A stretch of 64,000 nt of DNA from Bispira polyomma (lineage: Eukaryota). This document shows, in pieces, positions 38,414 to 52,944 of the stretch (its first letter is position 1; each line of letters opens with the position of its first letter). The notes under the pieces were generated by a model, which did not search any database, was not told the DNA's origin, and saw only the letters and a list, made by a program, of their open reading frames with translations. The stretch spans positions 34,534,001 through 34,598,000 of the forward strand of contig OZ287750.1 of assembly GCA_965649765.1 (NCBI GenBank), in the 5' to 3' direction. The position numbers and the translations under genes are program-made.

Positions 38414-39736
38414 AAGGGTGGACAAAATGCCGGCCGGTTTTGGGCCGGGTGGACAAAATGCCGGTCTTTGGATTATGAACATTTTATTAACATTGAAAGG
38501 TTACAACCTTAAAAACGTTTGATTTTCAAGCACATAAAAAACTTTATTAACATTAAAAATATTTTCAAGCACTACATAGTCTTATCAACATTAAAAGCCA
38601 TCACCATGACAAGAATATATAAATCATTTTAGTCAAATAGAATGCCCTATTCCATTCAAAAATTCTGATGGATCTCTTGAGACTATCAGGCTTGCCAATC
38701 TCAGCACGCACATCATTACTTGCTTGTGAGAGTGTTGAGCTAAGGATGGGATGTGGCTTTACTTTGGATGCCTGAGAGGAACTTTTTAACTGGTTTCTCA
38801 ACTTAGCAACTTCAACTGTGGTAGTGCTGGTGTCATGGCAATGTGGATGTTTAGGCACTGGATTTTCCATATCTGAATTAGTCACCAGTGAACCATTACA
38901 CAAAAAAGCATTTCTTTGAGAGCATGACCACTGTATGAAATTTTTAGTCTTTGATTTCTTAGTGTACATGAAACCCTCAAAACATAATTTTGCCCCTCCT
39001 TTATTTGTTTTAATTAACTCCATAATCTGTCAGCTCTGGTTTCACTTGATGAATGATTATTGGTAAGAAAAACTGAACCTTTTATAGACATAGTCACTGC
39101 CAAGGAGGTTGCAATTGATAAATGAGCAATTGAGCAATTGAGAAATGTAATTGAAGATAAAATCACAATATCACAAAGGATTATTATTGGCAAAGACAGG
39201 AATGATTCAAAGGGACAAGTTTTCAAAGAAATAGTTCAAAACCAGAGGATTGCAGTTACCCCTAAATAACTCTTTATTCCTATTGGGACAAGTTACCAGA
39301 GTACTTTTCAAAGAAATAGTTCAAAAACAGAGGATTGCAGTTACCCCTAAATAACTCTTTATTCCTATTGGGACAAGTTACCAGAGCACTTTTCAAAGGA
39401 AAACAAAAACAAAAGTTAAAAAATTTAACAAATATATGACAAATTATTGAAAATTTATATATCAGTGTTTGAAAGTTACCAGAGTACTTTTCAATGGAAA
39501 ATATCAGTGTTTGAAAGTTAACTTTATTTCAAATTTTTATAAACCAAAATAATTTCAATGGAAAATATCAGTGTTTGAAAGTTAACTTTATTTCAAATAT
39601 TTATAAACCAAAATAATTATACCGGCATTTTGTCCACCCCGGCCCAAAACCGACCGGCATTTTGTCCACCCTTGCAATTTTGACCGGCATTTTGTCCACT
39701 GGCATTTTGTCCACCGGCATTTTGTCCTGGATTCGG
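38414..39736 (-). mobile_element. Mutator/Phantom-like DNA transposon, internal-deletion derivative with FLYWCH ORF and repeat-built inverted ends
   Basis: Inverted arrays of GGTGGACAAAATGCCGG (2 copies on the left, about 5 on the right) flank a FLYWCH ORF. There are internal ~86-bp and ~63-bp duplications. Confidence 0.75.
38601..39023 (-). pseudogene. Truncated transposase N-terminus (FLYWCH zinc finger); MULE catalytic domain missing
   Basis: MELIKTNKGGAKLCFEGFMYTKK...WSCSQR...CNGSL.T...HPHCH fits the FLYWCH pattern; the coding character is lost after DSLKRSIR. Confidence 0.75.
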
Positions 39737-42700
39737 TTAATCCAAGCTATCCACTTTACCACTTTACATCTTAAAACCGTGGCAAATCAATGAGGACTCT
39801 ACAAATTTTGAAACACCGGAACAAAGCTTGTACTGCTGATGATTCAAAGTTAATATCCATTCATCCAGGGTTTTAAAGTGGTTTAGGGGTGCGAATACAA
39901 AAGGTACACATGGAAGTTAAGAACATTTTGCTGCATGTTAAAAACTAAATAAGTTACAGGAAAACTTTTGAAAAACTAGTATTTATAAAAGCTCAAAACT
40001 CGAACTGTACCAATCAATCAAAACTAGGCTGCACTAATACTGGAGTCCTATGGTGTACATTTAAAACATAGGCAACAAAGATTAATTATGACAATTGAGA
40101 GCCTCCCCTCTCACTTGATGGCTGGCCTAGTGGGGAACTTACTGATGGGGATTTGTTTTGTTTGTGATATCTCCTAATGTGATAGGGACTTCTCAGGGAT
40201 TCTCCCTCCCCCCTCTATACCAAACGAAATAGGCTCCTAGCATAACACTCCAGCCAAAAACAGAATATCCAAGCTTTGTCGTTTCGATGTTAAAAATGAA
40301 ATTCAGTTTGTTTTAGTTGCCCAATGTAAAATGTAAACCGAAAAACTCTCGAAAATATTATGAAGCAAAAATATCATCCATGGGATATCTCTTGTCAATA
40401 TCTGAAAAAATTAAATAAATATATGTAAAAAAAATAATATCTCAACCTGGAGCAAATATCTTTTGGAAACTTTCAAAATAAGTAAAAATATGATTATAGG
40501 AGTATGTGTACTGTTATAAGTATTATTATATACATGTAGTTACTATATTGTTTAATTTGTATGTATATATGTAGTAAATATCTGTAGTAACAAAATGTTA
40601 AAAATCTGTGCTCATAAATGTCGTTAAAATATGTGTTAACTCTGTTTAGTTTATATAATTAATGTGTCTATAATGCCTCATAAAGTCCAACTGTTGGGCT
40701 GGCTGTGTATATTGATGTTTTCATTTTATGTGTATATAACACTGTGATATTACAGGTGGCACTAGAATAAATTATACCCTCTCTCTCTATACAATCTATA
40801 ATGTACTTATTGTCTGTGAAATAAACATTTCAAATCACATGAGATTAAAACTGTTTGACGTATCCATTCTACCACTCCCATTGATTTACACCTATGAATA
40901 CTTACCACAGTTAGTATCCCAGAATATTATACCAATCACACAATAATGTTGAATCGTTTGAATTAGCTGTAATCTCTTGTACAAATATTTTCATTAGCAG
41001 TCTTTGTTCAATGATAAAAGAGATCTATTAGAAGTGTTTTAAGTTATTTTAAAATTAGTGTCATCTAACAAAAGCTGACGTTTATCAACATAGTTTTGAA
41101 ATGCAAACATTTGTACATGATAAAAATTAGAACATGTATATAACAAACAAGGCAATGTGTTAGACAAATATAGCCAGAAATATAGTTCTTATTGTTCTGT
41201 TAATATTTGGTTTCCAAGATTAAGTGTGTGTTGTCTTGTATCTAAAATATTTCTCAGTGGAACAAATCAATCAAAATTGAGGAATATGTTAGAAACGATG
41301 TTTGTGGAATAATAGATGAAACAGTAACTTTTTATTTTACCAGAAAATGATAGTATAATTATTAAGCTGTGATTGTGACTAATGCTGTGTTAAAATGTAT
41401 TGCAAATGACATAGTTTATCAAGAAGGATTAGACATACAGCAGAGAATACCTCAATATATATATATCTGGAATAGGTAAATATAAAGCATATTTAACAAA
41501 TTTATGTTTAAACTTTATTATAAATAAATGGGAAACAGTATACGAAATTACCATCATGGAAATTTGAAAAGAATCTAGTACATCATTACCCAAATAATAA
41601 TAGTATCTACTAGGCCTAGGTACAAAGCGTTATGAAATGCATGCTCGGATGCAGTGTATCTCTGTTCTGGAAATAAGACATAAAATGTTTAGTGATTATG
41701 TAAGTAGAAACCTATTGATCAGGTATTTTAGTCAACTTGAATATAAGAATGCATGGTAATCGAATGCATCTTGTGCTCAAATAACGTGTCTATATATTTA
41801 TGCAATATATTGAACTTAGGAAGGAGGCTTGTCTTCTGACAAGATAATAGATATGTATTAGTAAGACAGTTGAATATATATTGCATAAACTGTCCCAGAT
41901 TTGGACCAAACTTCTAATTTTACACTCTAGTAAAAAATAAAGCACATTAAAGTTTAAAATATAGGAAAACTCTCTGCCTACTGTTGTTTTACACCCGTTG
42001 TTTTACATATTTTATCAAATACTATATTTCTGTAGCCTCGCTTAACCCTTCGCTTATTTGAAACTAATTAAAAACATGCATATGTAAACACCGTAAGTTC
42101 TTTAAAGTGAGGGTTACATAAGTTTTGTAACTAAAATAATAATATTAGTGAAAACGTATTATTTCGGTGTCCAGAGGTTTTGCTGTATTTTCGATTCGCT
42201 GTATGGTTATTTCACTGTTAAAGTTGGGGGTTTCGCTGGATATATATTGTTAATTACAAGTTTCGCGTTATTTATTTTTTGGACGTTTACTGAAAATTTT
42301 AATTGATTAGATGGCTGTATTTTTTATCAATACTTAACCTAAAATGTTGGTTTTAGTATCACTAGTGTCTCCAATATCTATTCTATTTAAAAAAAAAATA
42401 AAATTAAATATTCTAATAAATAAAAATAAAATCATTGATAGTTAAAGTTCGACGTTATACTTAAAATTGTTGAAAATACAAATCTATAAAGTGAATGTGA
42501 TCTCTGCTCAGTTTTTAACTTTTAAATCAGTTCCAAACTGAATGATACTCTCTGACAAACATGATCCTTAATCAAGGCTGATATCTGAAAAAAAAATTAA
42601 ATTAATGTTTTTGGCTGTTTAAATAGCATATATTTCCAATAAACATAACTCGCTTGCTCATTTTTAGTAAAATTTTATCAAAAAACTCTTTTAGGATAAC

Positions 42701-45060
42701 AGGCTGTTCTTTAAATTCAAAAACCTGGTCTTGTGCAATAAGATTGACCAATCCAAGAAGTCATTGTTCAGGGAGTCTAATGACCAAAAGTAGCCTTCCA
42801 AAGGCTTTACAATGACTAACCATTGGTCAAACTAATTTGTAAATTAAACAGTTACTTTTCTCAAGATTGATATCTAATACCTTTATACTCATACATACTC
42901 CCCTCTTTATATGATTATTATTATGCATACACAAATTTATCAAATGGCGTTGCTTTTAAGGTAATATATTTTTGGGGACCCGATCGATAAGCCATTTTCT
43001 TATATATCGTGGACCACTTCTATATCCACTTCCCATTTTAAATGCACTTAATTAATAGCAGATTTCTTCTACTTACTGTGAATAAATACTGTTTTTGACC
43101 GGCTTATAAGTTAACACCTTGTGTAAGGCTAGTGCTGAATAATGCTGAATTTGGTATGTGCCAAGTTTCAAGATGGTTGCATTTATAGGCGATTTTAGAG
43201 TTATCTCCCTAGATTTAGGCGATTTTAGAGCTACCTCCCAAGATTTAGGCGATTTGGGGCGATTTTCTTAACCCTGCATGAAATGCATTAGACGATTTTA
43301 GGCGATTTCTTCAAATCGCCTTGGGGGGTAGGTGATCACCTCAGAGTTTTAGAAGGAATCGGTACCAAGGCAGTGTATATATCTGGATACACAAAGCCAG
43401 TTTAGTTAGAATAAATACATATACTGTTATTTAAGGCCCTCTGTAAAGGCTAGTGCTAGTTCCAGAATTTGGTATATACCAAGGCAGTGTTTGTATCTGG
43501 ATACATATGATAACAAACAATGCAGAACACTGAACTAAACTACTTGGACTAAAGTTCAACAGCAACACATACACACTGTGATTGTTTGTGGTTTCAAGTA
43601 CATTGTGTTCTATACACAGTATCACTGGCCTGGTTAAAGATAACTTATACCAAATGAGGGGACCGGGAGGGGGACTTCTATATGCAAATTACCCATAAAT
43701 TTGTATATTATATACAGTAATGGACATAAATTCTGCCAAAAAATAATTTGGCATATGACATGGTTGTTCTTACCAATATGATAATATAAGTTTATAAGCC
43801 ACCTCAGACCCAAACCTAATTTATGAATTGTAAAGAAAAGACCTGTTAGAACAAAATAGCAAAGGACCAATATGACAATATAAGTTTATAAGCCATCTAA
43901 GACCAAAACCGAATTTATGAATTGTGAAGAAAAGACCTGTTAACAAAATAGCAAAGGACCAAACCCCAAGCACTTTGATGGTTGTCTTAGAATAGTATAG
44001 AGGGGCGTAGAGTAGAGCATATACCTCAACCAAGGTGTCACTTAGCCAAAAAGTAAAAGCAGTTTCTTGGATTCTGTCCTTCTGTCTAGATCTGCTAAAA
44101 CTTTGTTTCTTACTTTTTCAAGGTCCCATTCAGGGACACCAGTGGCCTATTGGGCTGCTTCACAATTACTGGCTTCTCTCAGCAATGATGGGTTTAAATC
44201 CTGTTTGTTCATTCATGTGGAACAGTTTTGTCAGGTACTTGCCATAGGGTCGGTGGCATACAATGCTTCATCACTGGTTTCTTCCAACATTAAATCTAAC
44301 TGTCACGATATGACATTAGCTGTTAAAAACGGCGTAAAATTATAAATTTTCAGGTCCCATGTCCCACAGCCAAACTTTATGAAATCAGTTTAGTAGTAGT
44401 TTGTATGCAATGACGGTGAGATGTTACAGAGTACCAAAAAGGATAGAATTCGTGGAGCTACATTTATACCTTGATGTGGTGTAACATTATAATAGACACC
44501 TTCTTTCCATCTACCCCCTAACTTTCTGGTAAAACAGTTTAGTGGTGTTTGTGTAATCTAAGTGACACAAACAGACACACACAACACACAAACACAACAA
44601 TTTGGAACAAGCAAAAACATGATCTCCTTAGCAGAGGTAAAAATATACAATCAGATGGTAAAACTTTAAGAAAAAAACATGAACTTTTTTAGGATTGACT
44701 TATTCATGACTTTCTCTTCAAACTATCTACAGAAACCACAGTGAACGTGGCTTTTCTCCAACACAGGGCTTTTTTTCCTGTCAATAAATACATACTAGTG
44801 TATGACACTACTGATAAACACGATATGTACGTTTTTTCTCTCTATTTAGGTCATGTGATGTTGCCGATAAAGAAATGCGCAGATTTTGAGAGCAATACAG
44901 TCCCCTTGTTGTTGACAGTGCTGAGCAAAGTTGAACAAGGCAAATTTGCATTGTTCCTGCTGTTGTTAGATATATACGCAGATAGATTAAATAGCCAGCA
45001 TAAGTGTATAGTTTAAGTGATAAAACTTCTTGTCCAAGTTAATCTGTCTTTTTGTATTCA

Positions 45061-46608
45061 ATGAGTTCAATTCTAATGTGTGATCAATGTGTTATAGTTG
45101 GAATGTCTTCTACACTCACTCAAACTGTCACTCAAATGGAGTCTGTCCATTCTTTTGTCAGGTAAGGACCTAGATTTTGTTAATAGCTTAAATTTTAATT
45201 CAGAATTGAAAGTTTCTGTAAACAAAAGTTGGTATTTCCTTAAAACTCACTAACGTATAATATGTAAAATGGAAATATGAAAATACATTGGTTTTAGATT
45301 ATTGCTGAATATAATATATGATATGATTGATTTTTAAATATCCAATTAATTTGACATAAGCAGCATTATTTTGTATAGTCTTATATTCCAATTATCCAAA
45401 ACTTACCACTATGTAAAATGTTTATACATAAATTTATATATATTAAAATATAGGACATAAACTTGTCAGCAATTAATGTGTCAGTTTGGCCATTTCAATA
45501 TCAACATCTCAATAAAATGTGTAATTGATATTTAGTAACCAATGTATTAGAAAAGATTATCACTAGTATAACTAAATAAAGCTGTAGCAAATCTGTTATG
45601 ATCAATAAAAAAACAAGATTCCGTGAGCTATGTGAATGCAGCAAAATAAAAAAAATAATTAACAAAGTATTTAGTATTCACTGTATTGAATATAATTGTG
45701 TTAAAACAGATTTAGTGAGCTATGTAAATGCAGCAAAATAAATGAATAATTAACAAAGTATTTAGTATTCACTGTCTTCGCTGGTATCCTTCAAAATAAA
45801 TAAATGAATTAGTTAAAAAAAAATAATTACCTAGTAAATTAACTGTCTTGACTGTTCCAGCTACCATGGTATTGCTGATCAGAGGATAAGAACAATGAGA
45901 TCCAATTGGAAGATCCCCAATAGTCGTTTGTCTCGGTCTGCATCCCTCAGTGATGTCAACGCAGTGACCCCGAATGGTACAGTCAAGAATGGGTACCATG
46001 CTAATGGCTTGTACACCTCCATACCACCACCATTAGGCAATGAGACCATTTCAGAGGAAACAGGGATTTCAACTTACGACAGCGATCACTCATCACCTTC
46101 CAATGCACTCAGACGCGAAAGTTATGCAGGCTTCAACTCCGAACCTAAACCGACCCGACGTAGACCATCATACAAGCGACTACGTAGCAGAAAGCATGCG
46201 GTGAAACGAGTTCACTCGGGTCAGAGTCCATACGCATCTCCTTGTGAGTTGCTGGAACAGGTGGTAGACTATCACAGTGAGGAAGCTGATGATGACTGTT
46301 CTACCAGTCTCCTACAATATATGGTCTCAGTGCTGATGATCCAGTACATGACCTGGACAGAACAACTCTATAAAGGATTCCAGGGATGCAGTACCAAACA
46401 CAGATTCTGGATGTGGGCACTGGCCTGTGTTATAACCACACTAGCAGCCATTGGCTTGCTCACACTCTTAGCATTTCTACTGTTACATGCTATTGATGTG
46501 GTTGTCTTGGTCACAGCCGCCTCTGTGAAGTTTCTGGTCCTTTTAATATCCATGAGCTTTGTGTGTTGCTGTGCGGTGTTAATACTAAACTACAAAGGGG
46601 ATCATTAG
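45061..46608 (+). CDS. Uncharacterised membrane-associated protein; proposed join(45061-45161, 45861-46608), 282 aa (237 aa if started at 45895)
   Basis: A 714-bp ORF, GC-richer than its flanks, is preceded by a TTCCAG acceptor (45860). An upstream CAG|GTAAGG donor (45162) splices in frame, with ATGs at 45061, 45076, 45103 and 45136. The N-half is Ser/Arg-rich and the C-terminal ~60 aa are hydrophobic. AATAAA near 46729. The start codon is uncertain. Confidence 0.7.
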
Positions 46609-48389
46609 ATAATGATGTGATGTACATTGATCAAGTCATTTGCTATACATATATATATTGATTTATTTATATACCTTTTTGGTAATTTATTTATTTGTCA
46701 CGTTTCAATGCAATGGACTTCCATGTGAAATAAATCAAATATTCCAATGACTTTGTATCAGTTGAGATTTAAAAACAGATAGGGGGCGGGGGGTTAAGAT
46801 TGGGAGTTAGTCTTGTGATTAGGGAGTGCCTGGTTCAACTCCAAAGCATTATTATAGTGGGCATTAGTTAATCACATCATTGGGCAACTTTCAGTGATTT
46901 TATGTTCTTGTAAATTGACAGAGGCCAAGTAAGTATATATCTAGATATAGAACCAACATCACAGTGGTCATAGACAAGATGGTACTGTACTCTTGCCTTA
47001 TGATGTTTACAAATATTAGAAGTCATATTACTGTAAGTCATATGGCATTAAATCAATATATAGTATATCAGCAATAAATGCATAATGGGCATAAGACTAG
47101 TTATGCCACGTTTTGATTTCCGAACCATACAATACTTTGAATTGATAAATGATCTCACTGATCATCTATGACTTCGTTTAGAATTTATTTACACACACAC
47201 CGGACACGACACAATTTATTCACTTTTATACATCTATTTAAGACATTAATACAAAACTTTGAGTTTTGATATTAGATTCCTGAAAAGGCTATACCAAGGA
47301 AAATGTTAGCCACGACTCTATTTGGCAAAACTTTAAGGCCATAGCATTAAGTTGTCTAGAAGTGACCAGTGGTCCCCTTGACTAATTACTCAAAAATTAC
47401 CTAGAAAACAAGGATGCATTATTATTATGGTTATCAATATCTATAGATATCATTGTCTAAGGTCAAAAGTTAGGTTAACACTTATTTTATCATCAATTAA
47501 AACAAAACAACAAACTTTTTGGGGGTCCTTAAATTGTGATTTATTTGCAGTAAGCAATTGTCATTCTTTAGACTGGTTGTTAGTATCAATCTGAACCCTG
47601 GATCAAAAACAAATAGTTTTTTAGATTTTGTGTTCTTATAAACTGGCAGAGGTTCATTAAGTGTGATCTAGATGTATTCAGTTATAGAACCGTATACTGT
47701 GATAACCATTTGTCCAATTTTTTTTGAATTCCAAAAACTTGCCAAATACTTTTAAAACACAGAAGGGTTTTTCTGAGGCTTGTTCTGATTCCACAATGAA
47801 ATTCTGTTTGAGCACAAAATGATACACACAGATAAATTGTGGTCCACACTTGAAAATACAACATTGTTGAAAGGGATATCGATTTAACTGATAATCAAAA
47901 TAAAAGTTTTATATTTTGTGGGGCACAAATAGCCCTTAGAGACACCCCTCATTTCCAGTTTTAAAATGCTATAATACTCACATTTAAAACGGTGGACCTG
48001 TTCAATTCGGTGACACAACATAGCCATGCATTAGGGTGTGGGAATCAGGGCCTGTATTCTCCACAATACCCAAGCTTAAATTTGAAGTCCTCGTATCTCT
48101 TGTTATCAGAGGCTTCCTTTTAGTCGATCTGATAAAAATTTGCTGAAAGGAAGCCTAGGCATATTTGAATTCAGTGCTCAAAGCTCTTTTAAAATAGATG
48201 ACCACAAGTATAGGTTACTTCTATGGACTCAGATTTCCACATAGCATTCGTTACAGTTGAGTTTGAGCTTGTTTGGATAATATGGGCCTTGGACTCGATG
48301 GTAATCACAAAACAAAAACCTCATTTTGTAAGCATTCTATTGACCCTTAGAAAACTGTAAATTTTCATTTATAAAGCCCTTTCTTTTTC

Positions 48390-48660
48390 AAAGCACTACA
48401 CAGTTTATACCTACAGCCTGGGTTCTTTCACTTGTCAACCAATTGTTCAGTTTCAGCTCCCTCAGGAAGCATACTGCGCTATGCTGCCACATACGGTGCA
48501 CAAAGACTAACACCTTATTGCTGCCAGGAACCCATTTATAGACTTGGGTGGAGAGGGACAACTTTGTGTAAAGTACCTTGTTTAAGGCTAGCAACAGGGA
48601 TCAAACAGGGACCCTTAGATCCAAAGTTCAGCACTCTAACTGCTAGGCCACAGAGACCAC
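48390..48660 (-). mobile_element. Decayed CORE-like tRNA SINE
   Basis: cccatttatagacttgggtggagaggg...gtaaagtaccttgtttaagg resembles the CORE domain, with a box A/B-like head at the right end. Confidence 0.55.
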
Positions 48661-51600
48661 GACACCAGACAAAATCATGATTATTATTGTCAGTGCAAGG
48701 TCAAATGTAGGGTGGCTGAAAATGCACGACACCAGACAAAATCATGATTATTATTGTCAGTGCAAGGTCAAATGTTTCCTTAAAACTAAGCTGCAGATTA
48801 CAATGGTCTATGTCTCAGTTTTTTTTGAAAATAAATTGAAAAAATATCTCTTCAACCTGGTCTACATAACATTCTTTGGCGCTTGCCAACTATTGATTAT
48901 GACATGGCTGTGAATTAGGACCATGTACCTATCCTTGTACTTATTATAATTTTATATATGATATTTTACCTTTATATCATGGTGACACATATCACTAATG
49001 GAGCACAGAGTTTCTCATAAGCCCAGGGTAATATGGGCTGGCTGCAATATTGAGTCCATCTTAAATGTTAAGTCTCATTTACTGTGTGAAAAAGCTATAT
49101 AACATTGTTATACTGTTTATATTATTATAATGTGATATTGTTATTTTTGCACTCAAATAAAATAAATTCTGTCTCTCTATCTGTACTACTTCACTGTACA
49201 AGTCTTATTCTTAATTTTTAATATTTTAATAAAATGAAGTATATCATATATTCATATAATCTGGGCTATTGTATTTTTGTGATTTTAACAAATATTCAGC
49301 TAGATACAATACACATATCAAGGCATAACACACATGACAAAAAATATAGATACTTTTGAATGGACATGTATCACAAACGCAGGACAAAGCACATACAAAT
49401 ACTATATACTTAAGCAGGTGTCACTTAACCGTTGTATACCGGTGTGAAAAAAAAAAAATATATATTTTTAAAGATTTCTAATAATTAAACTTAATCTCTT
49501 ATAGCAATAACGTTGTATTCTTTGATTAAGCATTTATAAAATTATTAAAACTTTCCGAAAAAACCATATTAAATGAATGAAAATGCTTCTGAAATTTTGG
49601 TACATAGTGTCAATAATGTACCAACATATTATACTATATATGTAATGTGTACTTCACTACACTTTATGTACCATACAGAATTGCTAAAATTTCAATTTGA
49701 AACATAAGAAACAACAAAACGCCAGGTCTTGGCTTCCCAGTTTTCTGGAGATCACTTGGAAACTGCATATTACATGCATTAAACATCAGTTTTGAAAAAG
49801 GTGTCTTACCATTATATTTAAGACACTGGATAATTACTTGACTTCCAAAGAAAGGTAAACCCAGGGAGTAAATCTGGCATCAGTGCTGTCAGTATTATAT
49901 AATTTAGCCTCAGCTACTATTTCGAATATAATAAAACCAATCTTGATGGAAATATGTAACGTTCACATGGATTGGTTGGAAGCAATCGACCCAGAGAAAC
50001 TGGGAATGCATGATTAGCAATCACACACTTAAGAACAGGAGACACTGATGCCACTTTTATGGTTTGATATGTGACCCTTATGTGTAGCAGAACTGTTGAG
50101 AATCAGTAATTTCTTTAAAATTAATAGTCCGAGCCGAAGAAGAGGAGAATCAATTTAAAGACGCATCTGATTTAAGGCAATTCTCTGACTTCAACTGCTG
50201 AAACCTAAGGTGACAGTAACAAATTGTATTTTAAAGTATTGTTCAAAGTCCTTTCGAATTTGCAAATACACATACCCACATATTATAGATATAAATAAAG
50301 GTAAGCGATACAATTTTATGTTGCTATAATTTTATGTAATAATTTTGTGAATAAATGTATTATAGATTTAAAAGTTACTGATTATGATGTACCAATGTAA
50401 ACTTGAACTGACTAATTTATTAAAAAGATCATTCATTGAATGAATTAATAGAAATGCACTGATATGTGGCACAGATATTGGACAGGCCATTCTTCAAACA
50501 ATAGAAGTGGTTTTAGTGGACGCTCTACACCTGTAAAGGGTTCCCATATTATTAAGTATTACAATTTTGAAACATACCAGGGGAAGTTAATGATTCAAAA
50601 TGTATTTAATAACAACTTGGAGGTGACTGTGATATGGCTGAAGATGTAACTTATTTCGGTTTGTAAATATTGAACATGGAATATTGAATAGTGCTTCGAA
50701 AAAATCCCATGCAATCAGTATTTGGATATACATGTACAGCACCATAAATTAGTTGCTAGCTGTGAAGCAATACAAGCACAGGAATTAATTAACCACCAAA
50801 TATGGGAGATCAGTTTGTTGACTCTTAGTTCAGTACAGGCACTTAGAAGTATTTTAATGGAGTAACATTTAAAAAGAAATATCGGTTTCTTCATTCTGTA
50901 TAAAAAAAAACAAAAAAACAAAGGCGCAAAAGACTTTTATTGATGTTTAATTTAAATTGTTAACACAATCATAACATGAAACTAAAATGGAAAAATGACC
51001 TGAAAACAAACATTGCCGATATAACTTGAGAGAATATTTAGAATTCAGAAGACATTTACCAATAATAAGCTGGTTTTAACTTTAAATGATAGCTACTGAA
51101 TGATGGCCTATAGACTCATATGTACTAGAAACTATCTAATGAAACCGAATGAATTTTTAATTGATCAGTTGCAGGAACAAGTAGAAAACTTATTGGACTT
51201 AGTGGGAAGCAACATTCTTCTCTTCGTAAACTAAACGAAGAGTGACTCCATTATCAAATCCAGCCTTACGTAATGTTCGGAATAAAAGTCTTTCACTTTA
51301 TTTGCCACAAATGATAATATTGTTTTCTTTTTTATATGAAAATGTATGGGCTATTAACTGTAACCTATCTGTCAACAGTGACTTTTTATGTATTCTTTTT
51401 ATAGATTATATGTATTGAAACTTTTTTGTAATTTAATATGTTAATAAGGGCAAATAATTTTGTTTTCGATTATCTGCGAATTTTGCTGCAATATTTTTTC
51501 TTGTGTGTCCCTTTCAACTGTACATTAAGTTTTCCTAAAAATACTATTTGTACTGATTAATTTTGATGAAGGAAATCTATTGAAGCTATAAACCATATTA

Positions 51601-52944
51601 CTGGAAACAAGTGTATGTAAGTTAATGACAGCTGGATGCAGTATAACAACTGATTTCTGGTTTAGACACATTTGGTCAAGAAAGGACTAAAATGTCCTCA
51701 TCCAAATGAGGAGGTTGTGTATGTGAACATAATAGAATTCCATTTGATTTCGTCACTTCCAGCTTATCAGTCACTTCCTGAGCAAAGATCAAACAAATCA
51801 AAACAAATGTACTGGCTTATCCCAATATAACAGGTAGAGTTTGTCTTCAATTTATAATAACTTATATCTAATCTGTTTTAACATATTGTTAACATGTTTT
51901 ATTTTGATTATGTGTAGTGTGTATATTTCAAACAAATCATTTCAACAGAAAAATTACCACATAGTGTCTGTACAAATAACTGATCACAACACTATAGATG
52001 TGTACACCACAAAGCATTACATGTATATTACCTATATGTTCTTTAAAACTTATTTAACTAAGGTTAATATTTCTTTCAAGGATGTGCTGTTTTCGCCCAT
52101 GTCTGTTGGTTGGTTTGTCACCAGATTTAGACAAGCATCTACTGTACCAAATTACATGAAATTTTGTGAATTTGGGAGAGGCAAGGGCCAAAAAAGAATC
52201 CATTAAATTTTAGAGTGTTTACAGGAAAGAAGGACAATATATTTCAGGATATTGTCATTGCACACCTTCGTAGAGGAATACACATTACTAAGTGCCCTTG
52301 CGTTGTAGTTGCTAATTAAATTACCCATAAAAAATTCTAATTAATTATTATTAAAAACGGTTAAAAGATGACACCTATATAATAGACATACTATAATACC
52401 TGTAATGCAATATATCAGTCTCTCAAGCTATGAATACATGCTAGTTCCACACCTGTCAGTTTAATGCTAATGTGTCAATGCTCAGTAACATGTACATGGG
52501 GACCTCGGTGGTGTAGTGATAAACTCGCCTCTCAAATCTGCAGTATTGGGTTCGAATCTCGACTCCAGCATGCATGTAGGAAAAATGGCAGTAAACTTGC
52601 TAAAGGTTGGTGGCTTGCGGAGAAGACAACCTTCACCAATACCCCTGTTCTGATTTCCTCCAATAATGAACTGCCAATCTCCATATGACAAAGTGTTGAA
52701 TTCAACCGACGTCAAACTAAAACTACATGGGCAGTCAAACTTGTACATAAAGATCAAGTATTCGTATTCGTATATTCATATTTGTGGTCTTTATAAGAGG
52801 TGGTCTCTCTTTAAAGTGATCTGTAAAGCAGGTTATATGACCTGTTATACAGTTATTTCCGAATTTCAGATATGGTATAGAAGACTGTCTAGCAACTAGT
52901 ATCTAACTGAAGTCAATTACAGTGAATATATCAACAACCAAACA

